Below are positions 54,952-64,000 of a stretch of DNA of 64,000 bases, piece by piece (positions within the stretch are counted from its first letter, which is position 1; each line of letters opens with the position of its first letter). Origin of the DNA: Novakomyces olei (lineage: Eukaryota); NCBI GenBank assembly GCA_016906335.1, contig JADEYG010000012.1, forward strand, positions 496,001-560,000, read 5' to 3'. The notes beneath the pieces were generated by a model that worked only from the letters and a program-made list of their open reading frames with translations, ran no database searches and had not been told where the DNA came from. The position numbers were made by a program, and so were the translations under genes.

Positions 54952-55034
54952 GCCGCTAAAGGTACATGTGAACGTGGATTGCCGCCATTCAATTAATTAC
55001 GCTTATTGTTTATTTATCTCGATTTTATGGGGCC

Positions 55035-55213
<179 letters not shown>

Positions 55214-55323
55214 GTGGACGAATACGTTCAGCCAAGATTCGAGTAGACCAATCTGCCCTGCCAGACCGGCGAGAGTATAGGCGCTACTGTAATTTTAGAA
55301 TTTGCCATTAAACGCTATCCTAT

Positions 55324-55842
55324 CTACGGCGTCTTTTTAAAAGCAAACACAATCTGCCGCCAGAGTGGCGTTTCCGCGTCAAGACGCTGGAGCTCTTCGT
55401 GAAACTCGTCACGCTCTGGTTCTTCAAGCTACAGGGTTAACAGATTAACTTTAAATAAACGTACAATGGCAGGGGGAACGTTTCGTTCAAATTTGGTACC
55501 GCCTGATAGGGTTAGTGCTAGAATACCATGCTTTTCGAACCTGGCGAAGTCGGAGCTGTGGAACAATTAGTCGATAATTTCTGGCAAAATTTACGTACAG
55601 ACATAAGGATCAGGGTGACGAGTGCTCTCGTACCGCTTTTCGGCCGCGTCAATAACTTCCTGGAGCACTCGAGGGTCCGAAATATGCCGGTTTTTTTCAA
55701 ACTCGGCACGAATGTTGAGGCATTCAATACGCCACTGCACGCGATTCACAGTCCAATTGAGTGAATCCTTAAGGCACCGTCTGTATAGCGATGAGACACG
55801 TGACCTGTTTGCCGCAGAAAACGGCGGCGTCAACGTCGCCAT
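55324..55842 (-). CDS. NDUFB9: Complex I LYR subunit B22; introns 55556-55598, 55503-55540, 55429-55464
   Basis: SLYRRCLK..W..IRAEFEKNR..HPDPY, continuing after splicing as PTSPGGTKFERNVP. Confidence 0.92.
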
Positions 55843-56373
55843 TGCGCTACCGATCTGTTTCCGTTTTCCGATGTATAAAACCTGTAATTTGTCTACCGTA
55901 ATACCTGCGCACAATAAATATGTATGGTAGTAAATATATATATATATATAATGAAATAAGGCTTTTGTACCTACAATTGGTTCAGTGGACAAGTCGTATT
56001 TACTATTTATCCCATAGCTTTTTTAGGGTTTATTATTGTTATTATAATACGCACTACACTTCTATACATTATTCATAACCGAATCTGCGAATACTTACAA
56101 AGTAACATTACTGTAAAATATACTATTGTAAAGTAACACTGCGGCAGCGATACTTGCATTACTCGTCCGGATATACGACCGGCCGCCTCCCGACGTTTAA
56201 ACAAACACTCCACGTACGCAGACACGAGGGTCGGGTGCAGTTTTCGCTATTGCCACAGACTGCGACGGGCTTTAAAGCAAAACAATAGACACATTGGTGC
56301 AGGGAACGCTTGCGTGAATTTTCTGCCTTTTTTTTGAGCCTCAAATCGCTGCTCTTTTATCTCAATTGTCGGT

Positions 56374-58429
56374 ATGGCGTATGCTGTAATCGCTAGAGCA
56401 GCTCGTACCGGAGGTAGCCGTTCGCTCTATCGAGCCGCTAGTGCGGCTCTACCACGGCAGCAGACTACGGGGCGGTCGATCCCTCGTCTCTTGCATACTC
56501 AAAGCGCGGCAGCTGCTAATATGCAAAGCTTGTCGTTGCGTCGGTAAGTCTTGAACCGCGCCGTTCCGGGCGACCAGGCAGCCTTTGTGACTAATACTGT
56601 TTTCGATACAGATCTCTTCGGAACAATGGGATCAATCTGCAACAGCGACGGTTCGGTAAGTAGGGCGAGTGGGCTGTTGATTAACTACCTTCATTGCTTG
56701 ACGTATTTGCCGTCTTCTAATTGGCTAATTCATTACAGAATCAATCAAAGTTAAAACGCCTCCGTTTCCCGAGTCTATCACCGAAGGAAATATTACACAA
56801 TGGCAAAAACGTGAGTTTACTCTTTTACGGTTATACTAATTTTCTACAGAGGTTGGCGAGTATGTCGATGCTGACGAGGAACTGACGTCTATTGAAACAG
56901 ACAAGGTTTGTGGATCTTTTTTTCTCTTTTTTTTTTAATACATGTTTTTTAACGTATATACTCTTTTCTCATTCGCCAATTTCGTTCAAGCCGGATTGCT
57001 GATTCTTTTGTTATCTAATTTCTGCTTTTCCCTATATATTGATTGGGTTTATATATTATACATGCCTTGTTACTTTTATATCTCAAGAAGTATAACAAAT
57101 GGCTCTAATAATATAATGGACTATTTGCCTATTATTATTATACTATTATTCTATTATTATTTATTATTATTATTATTTATTATCTATTTATTATCTATTT
57201 ATTCTCTTTCGATTTATTTGACTCGCTTCCAATGCACTAAAGATCGATTACATTCTGGCCGACTTCTTTCTGCAATTATTCGACTATAATCTCCATATTC
57301 TTATCAGCACTTTTAGCTCTTTAAAAAGCTTGTGCCTGAAAATCTATGACCAAATAAATGACTATTTTTGTTCTGGTTCTAACTGCTACAGGTTGACGCG
57401 CCTGTAAATGCACCAGCCGCAGGTACAATCAAAGAAATTTTGGCGGGCGATGGCGATGCTGTAGGCATCGACCAAGTCCTGTGTGTTATCGACACGGATG
57501 GCAAGCCATCAGGTGGAGCAGAGAAGCCTAAAGAAGAGCCATCAAAGAAGGAGGAAACGAAGTCCGAGTCTGAAGCACCCAAGCCTGAGCCCACCAAGCA
57601 GGAGACAAAGGCACCAAAAGACGAGCCCAAGAAAGAGGCACCTGCACCCAAGAAAGAGGCGCCTGCAAAGCCCAAGGAAGAGCCCAAGAAAGCGGAAGAG
57701 CCTTCACCCAAAGTTGGTGCACGCACAGAGGAGCGAGTCAAGATGAACCGTATGCGTCTGCGTATTGCCGAGCGTTTGAAGGAATCTCAAAATCGCGCAG
57801 CTGCTCTCACAACATTTAACGAAGTTGACATGACCAATGTTATGGATATGCGTAAATTGTATAAGGAAGAAATTCTTAAAAAAACCGGAGTTAAGCTCGG
57901 TTTCATGTCGGCGTTTACAAAGGCCGCTTGCCTGGCTATGAAGGATGTACCCAGCGTTAATGGTGCCATTGAAGGTGCTGGAAACGGTGACACTATTGTG
58001 TATCGTGACTATGTTGATGTCTCCGTTGCCGTGGCAACGCCCAAAGGTCTGGTAACGCCGGTTGTTCGTAATGCTGAGCAGCTGGATTTCATCGGCATTG
58101 AGCGTGCCATTCACGATCTCGGCGTTAAGGCCCGCGATAACAAATTAACTGTTGAGGATATGGCCGGCGGTACTTTTACAATCTCCAATGGAGGCGTATT
58201 CGGATCACTTATGGGTACTCCTATTATCAATTTGCCTCAGACGGCTGTGCTGGGCTTGCATGCAGTTAAGGAACGTCCTGTTGCAGTCAATGGGAAGATT
58301 GAGATCCGGCCGATGATGTATTTGGCTCTGACGTATGATCACCGTCTCGTTGATGGTCGTGAAGCGGTCACTTTTCTGCGTATCCTGAAGGAGTATGTGG
58401 AGGACCCACGGAAAATGTTGTTGCAGTAG
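56374..58429 (+). CDS. KGD2: 2-oxoglutarate dehydrogenase E2 (dihydrolipoamide succinyltransferase), 4 introns
   Basis: ESITEG, lipoyl [30 protein letters not shown]. Confidence 0.97.
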
Positions 58430-58622
58430 ACTTTTTATACCAAATGAAAAGCATAGTGGAGCGTTGCTCTCTATGACTAATAAATGACGTATGCCTGATA
58501 TTGAGAATAATAGTAAATAAATGAATAAATGACAATTATGTATACTATCCAATGCATTAATATTACCTATACAATAATCCATGCAACCCATATTGCCGTC
58601 ATCAAAAGCCGGCAGAGTGCAG

Positions 58623-60740
58623 TTACAAATCTATAAGCGCCGCCATTTCCCGAATCTCTGAAAATACATGCTCCTTGATCTCATGGCCATGTCCGGCTGC
58701 AACTTTGCCCACCATCTCATTGAGTTCAGCCCGGCCGAGTATATCAACATGATCTGCAGTATTGGGCCCACCACGTATATCAAAGCTGCCAGGCTCATGC
58801 TTCATCTCCACTACTTTGACCTTGATCCCGGATGGATTGTACCGTGGAATCCCCCATCCACGATTACACATGAACCCAGAGCTCAGTAGATTTACAGTAC
58901 CATCGCCCTGGCCCATAAGGACCCCACTCTCGACATTAGGAGCCATATTTAGCGCATTTTCAATGTAAGGCTGGTGCCTTACTTTGTCAATGTCCTCAAG
59001 CGCAAGGTCAGACTCCTTTTTCTCCTTCGGCACGGAACTGGCATCGCTCAGATCGCGTTCACGGTAATAATAAGCCCGTTCAGTGGGCTTTCCCACTCCA
59101 TAAAAGCAATAAATAGTCATATTAGGCGCGCGTGGTAACCTCGTCTCCAATGGATTGATCCATTTGTGAGGCAGTCGCATGTTTGCTTCAACTTCTTTCG
59201 CTGTAAAGGCAATGCCCTGCGAATAATTCGTACTTAATTGCTGACGAAACCAGTCGGGAGCTTCCTGGTGCAAATACTCTAGCGTTTCGTCCATTGTCAG
59301 CGGCTCATAGTCCTGCTTTCCCCGTCGGCGCAAGTACATTAGTGGGCCAAAGGTACTGGCATTCGCAGGCCGGGTTAGGTCCTCTACAGAGTAGGTCTTA
59401 TTGCCCCAAAGCCGATTGCCTCCCTTGGGCAGCATGGAGGAAATACCAGGCAGGGACCTTAGCAGCTCTGCCCGCTCTGCCTTGGAGAGAAACTTTTCCA
59501 AGCCGTAGATGGAGACGGCATTTAACTGGGCAGTGTCCCTCATTTCTCCCGACAACAAGGCAGAGACTGCCTTTGGTACGCCCAGTATACTTCCAGAGAT
59601 ATTTATAAAGGACTCTATATGATCATTGACCCAGTTTGGCCCACCGTTTCCGTACCCTTCTGCCTCAACCCAGGCGAAAAAGTACAGGATTATCTGACTG
59701 CCCATTGAATGACTCGTCAGCACTGCACGCTTGCCTGTAACCTTGTTTGAAAGCTCAATAAAAGACTTGAGTTTAGAAAAGTACCCGTCCCGCACTTCAA
59801 GGTTACTATAAGACAGGCGCCAGTCATACGCGGCCGTCAGCATATTGTTTGGGTCATAGTTGAGGGCAGCCAGATTCTCTATAATCTTGTTCCAGATCCA
59901 GTACCCGGTAATGAAAAAGTCGGCTGCATCGAACCCTTGAGCCGCACGTAATTTAACGCCTGGAGGATCAAGACCCGTGACTTTATCCAGCATCAGCAGC
60001 CTCATCCAGCACTGCTTGTCCAGGATCATGGCGCGCAGCATAGTCCAGCTGCCCCAAAGCCTTTTGCGAAAATATTGCAGTGAGCAGTTTTGGGTGGACC
60101 AGCTCTCTAGCCCCGTGGATATAACTCCCGGGATCAGGACTACGGGCCGTTCTGCCCGTAGTCCGGCTGCGTATAACTGCCGGCCGACAGAAAAAGCCTC
60201 AATTTTCTCCATTTCACGCCGCTCTGCCTGCACTTTACTCGCCTCGTCCAGTACACTTTTGGGGAGATTACCACGGAAATCGTCAAGGAACTCTCCAAGC
60301 AGGTCTCCTACATCCACACCTTCAAAATGCCGACGCTTAGCCGCCAGAACCATTGCCAGTGCAACACCAAGAAGCGCGCCCAGGACAAAGATTACTCGTC
60401 GGCGCTCATGGATTTTTTTCCGTATTTTTTTCTTTTCTGCCGGCAATTGCTCTCTGCCGGGCAGTTTGCCTTGCAATTTTTCTTGTGATTTTCCCTGCAA
60501 CTGATCCTGGCCGTGCTGACTATGATCGCGACTATGATTGCCATTGTGGCCATTGCCATTGTGAGATGGCGCTTCTTTATGGTCACTAATGCCGCTGTTG
60601 CTATGAGTAGTCTGTGCGTGCTCGACTGGCTCATTGCTGAGCCGTCTCGAGCGGCTCTCAGCTCGACGAGACGCTGGATCTCTGCCGGCGTCCTCGTCCG
60701 ACGAATTGGACCGCGCCGGTCGGCGTCGGCGTCGGCCCAT
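58623..60740 (-). CDS. LRO1: Phospholipid:diacylglycerol acyltransferase (PDAT)
   Basis: TM helix, PGVISTGLESW, YDWRL, SHSMG, GDGTV, HVDILG. Confidence 0.96.
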   Translation of the reverse strand: MGRRRRRPARSNSSDEDAGRDPASRRAESRSRRLSNEPVEHAQTTHSNSGISDHKEAPSHNGNGHNGNHSRDHSQHGQDQLQGKSQEKLQGKLPGREQLPAEKKKIRKKIHERRRVIFVLGALLGVALAMVLAAKRRHFEGVDVGDLLGEFLDDFRGNLPKSVLDEASKVQAERREMEKIEAFSVGRQLYAAGLRAERPVVLIPGVISTGLESWSTQNCSLQYFRKRLWGSWTMLRAMILDKQCWMRLLMLDKVTGLDPPGVKLRAAQGFDAADFFITGYWIWNKIIENLAALNYDPNNMLTAAYDWRLSYSNLEVRDGYFSKLKSFIELSNKVTGKRAVLTSHSMGSQIILYFFAWVEAEGYGNGGPNWVNDHIESFINISGSILGVPKAVSALLSGEMRDTAQLNAVSIYGLEKFLSKAERAELLRSLPGISSMLPKGGNRLWGNKTYSVEDLTRPANASTFGPLMYLRRRGKQDYEPLTMDETLEYLHQEAPDWFRQQLSTNYSQGIAFTAKEVEANMRLPHKWINPLETRLPRAPNMTIYCFYGVGKPTERAYYYRERDLSDASSVPKEKKESDLALEDIDKVRHQPYIENALNMAPNVESGVLMGQGDGTVNLLSSGFMCNRGWGIPRYNPSGIKVKVVEMKHEPGSFDIRGGPNTADHVDILGRAELNEMVGKVAAGHGHEIKEHVFSEIREMAALIDL

Positions 60741-61132
60741 CTGGATCTGAAACTGCTCAAAAGTCTGTAAGCTGTCTGTAGTCTGTAGACTATAGACGCC
60801 GATGATATAATCTAGAAAAGGTACTTATCGCGGCATAATACGTACTATTTAGTATACATATATATAAAGTACGGCGCGTGTAACGTGCAGCACGGTAAGC
60901 AACATAACTGTGCCCTGGCTCGCTCATACAATTTGCCCAAAGGTTACTCTGGGTAACCTAATGTTACAGTTACAAGTACTCCTACATTTAAGTGTACGTA
61001 CCTAATGTACAATCACTCATACATTTAAAGAGTACGACTAATGTTACGAGTACTCCTACAATACTGAAGTAGCCGGGTTTTCGCAAAGTGCGTATTATAT
61101 ACACTCCAAAGCTCAAAGTATGGCCTACACGA

Positions 61133-62703
61133 ATGGACGGTAGAGACGCGCTTGAGCTGTCAATTACGCCGTTTGGGCTCGATGCAGGCGCAAACAAGGA
61201 TACACACATTGAGCCATCGCTAAAGGACTCGATCAGTCATATCATCGCGGAGCACGGGCCTTTTAAAGACTTGCGCGAAACCGACTTGGAACGCGCTGTA
61301 GCAGAGGGCAACAAGTTTGCCGACTCGCCGGAGGAGTCGTGTGATACTTTTGAGACCATTCGCAATCAATTGCTAGAATGTCTAACGTAATTGATCAAAC
61401 AAAAGAACAAAAAGGAACAAAAGAAGAAAAGAATACGAAAAAAGAGGAAAAAGGAAACAAAAGTAACAAAACTCTAAAACAGAATTATTTCGAGCAGATT
61501 GCTAATTACAGTCAAGCTCAAAACGAATGCGTCCTCGCTCTGGACACGATCTCTCTTGCCTGTTCGCAATACTCTGATTTGGCAGCAAGCACACTTTCGC
61601 CCTTTATCAAGCAGTCACTCCCGCCTCATGCCCTCGATCGGTATCACGTGAACACTGAGCCAGCTCGGGAAGACGAGCGTATAGCGTGCGGTCTCCTACA
61701 GCGGGGCCTTAAATCGGCGATTGGCACTATTTGCACAGCATCAGACAAACTTAAATCAGAGGCAGTAAAAGACGCTCAGTATTGGAATGAACTTGTCGCG
61801 ATTACTCGGGCCGGCTGGCCTCTAACGCCACTCAGGAACCGTCCAGGCTTCGCCCTAGGGTTTTACGGATTGCCCGCCTGGATTTTGACAAGGGACGAGG
61901 AGGCGAATGGTGTAAAATGGGAACCCGCTGGGACACTGGCGCGTAACTGCGTTCAGTATGAAATTGTTCAAGTAGGAACAAAGAAAGTGCTTGGCTCCAC
62001 CATCAGCCCTGACCTTACGGCCAAGCCAAAGGATCAGCAAAGCTTTGCTCGATCACTAGTGCAGAGCCATGCATTGTTCAATGCACTGAAACGGGAGGCA
62101 CAGAGCCTTGCACGCTACGGGGTCACTTGTGGTGATTCTTCTTTTGTGATACCCATCGATCAATCGCTAGTTCTTAAAGCGCAATTAACGCCCTTCTCCA
62201 GCAGCAGGCCAGTAGGCCCGGATCAAGACGCTTACTGGACCCGGTGCCTTGGCCTGTTCGAAACATTGGTTTACACTCTACAGGCACTTCCAATGTTCCC
62301 AGAGAGAAGGCTTCTCTTGACACTACGTTCGCTATTGTACCATCGACGACAAATTCTGGCAGCGGAAGGCCAGCTCGCTCGAGTTTTGGCGGGCGAAAAC
62401 AAAGTCACTGGCCAGATCAAGCGTCGATATTACTCTAATCTAGAGTTTAAGTCGTCGCAAGATTTCAAGTCGGTTGTGGCGCAATTATTTCATTCGTCCG
62501 TAGTGGAATCATCGCTGGAGATCGATGTTGGAAACGCGACGGTCGAATTCGTGCTGCGGACCAGTACTGGCAACGAAAACATAGCGCCCATACAGATTGT
62601 GTTTGTACCACAGGAGGGTTCTAAACGGGAGCTGGTGAGCTGGAATGAGGCAGATATAGTGGATATATTGACATGGGTCTCCACACCTTTGACAGAGGCA
62701 TGA
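61133..62703 (+). CDS. MED17: Mediator subunit Med17/Srb4 (intron 61387-61511)
   Basis: SHIIAEHGPFKDLRETDL, QAQNECVLALDTISL, LKSEAVKDAQYW. Confidence 0.82.
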
Positions 62704-62869
62704 AATAAACAAAACAAAATAAAATAAAATAAAATAAAATAAAATAAAATAAAATAAAATAAAATTAAATAAAATAAAATAAAATAAAATAAAATAAAAT
62801 AAAATAAAATAAAATAAAATAAAATAAAATAAAATAAAATAAAATAAAATAAAATAAAATAAAATAAAT
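62703..62869. repeat. (AAAAT)n microsatellite directly after the MED17 stop
   Basis: Direct reading. Confidence 0.95.
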
Positions 62870-62975
62870 CGTCTCTGCAATATTTGTATGCAAATGTTTT
62901 CGGGCTGGACAGCGTAGTTAACTATACTTGACAATGAAACGCTGTGTTGTCGTATAAGCATCGCGGACCCCATAG

Positions 62976-62998
62976 GGTTAGGGTTATTAACCCTAACC
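62976..62998. promoter_or_regulatory. Palindromic telo-box GGTTAGGGTTA-T-TAACCCTAACC
   Basis: Perfect 11-bp inverted repeat with 1-nt spacer upstream of the MYST gene. Confidence 0.6.
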
Positions 62999-63110
62999 AT
63001 AAAGAACTCTCGGCGAAGCGAGAGTAGTGGTAAACAGTGAAAACGAGGGCTCCACTCAAGATACGCGCCGCGTATTCAGGCTCCATTCGTCCCAAAAGAC
63101 ATGCATCGGG

Positions 63111-63989
63111 ATGAAGCATGTTTTTTTTGCAAACAGCTTAATTGCTGATACCTTTGCTTCCCCATATCCCATAAAGTCAGAGAATGACGCGCTATTTATT
63201 TGCCATCGATGTTTCAAATACACACAAGACACCGCCGCTTTCTGCCAGCATGAAGTACGCAAACAATTGTGGTCTGTAGCTAATTGAGAAGGCATTTTGC
63301 AAGACCGCTTTTACTTTGCCCGGACAGGTAGTTTATCGGGATGGCAAACGCTCTGTTTTCAAATTGGATGGTCTAGTACACAAGGTAAGTATAGACCTTT
63401 GCTTTCTGATGACTAATTTTAGCTCTTTTGCCAAAACCTGTGCTTACTAGCAAACCTTCTCTTGGAGCAGAAATATGTGCATTTCAACATTGAAGATTTT
63501 TACATTTTTCTGCTTGTCGAAGAGAAGGATTCGCGTATTGTTGGGTTCTTCTCAAGGGAAAAGGTTTCATGGTATAATTTCAATTTGGCTTGTATTGTCG
63601 TATTTCCAGAGTTCCGTGAACGCGGGTACGGCTGGTTTTTAATTGCCCTTAGTTATGCTATATCCCGTCGTGAAGGCCTTGTAGGATCGCCCGAAGAACC
63701 AATCTCCGAGCTTGGCCTTTTGGGGTTTCGTAGCTACTGGAAATATGAAGTTTCCCGGACCATTCTTGCCCTGTCCCGAGCTTCTGCGTTTACCATGAGC
63801 TCAATAACCGAAAAGTCTGGAATGAGGGAAGATCATGTGATATTTGCTCTTCATTCGACTGGAGCCCTTCTTGGCTATGACAAGACAAAGCAGACCATTG
63901 CCGTCTCGCGACCTATCTTGGAGTCTTGTTATGCCAAGCTGCAAAAGAAAATCAAGTGCCGTCTGGACGAATCGTGCATCTCCATATGA
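63111..63989 (+). CDS. MYST-family histone acetyltransferase, Sas2-like (introns 63255-63291, about 63385-63422; start uncertain)
   Basis: SPYP, C2HC ICHRCFKY, FCQNLCLLA, VGFFSREK, NLACI, GSPEEPISELG; no chromodomain. Confidence 0.88.
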
Positions 63990-64000
63990 CAGACAGGTGA

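Noticed and set aside
55429-55520. TAACCC motifs as telo-boxes
   Set aside because: They are intron branch points of NDUFB9
57235-57391. Alternative AAG acceptor in the long KGD2 intron giving IDYIL...
   Set aside because: Runs out of frame to a stop and does not resemble the lipoyl domain

Overview
A gene-dense fungal nuclear window with about 30 spliced protein-coding genes, mostly housekeeping: ribosomal proteins, the H2A/H2B pair, condensin, kinases and mitochondrial proteins. It uses the standard code. Homol-D/Homol-E boxes at both ribosomal protein genes and a histone AACCCT box suggest a Taphrinomycotina-like yeast (inference). Complex I genes and a Zap1-type factor argue against Schizosaccharomyces itself. 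I found no tRNA, rRNA, transposon or CRISPR features. The most interesting items are an orphan protein with PRAS40/Lobe-like TORC1-inhibitor motifs, a cupin-less protein with a CENP-C-type motif, a CYSTM gene missed by the ORF track, and a degenerate FYVE/PY protein. Also notable are telomere-like promoter boxes (one a perfect palindrome), frequent AAG splice acceptors, pervasive tandem-repeat expansion and a few candidate structured RNAs. All exon boundaries were read by hand and no database searches were run.
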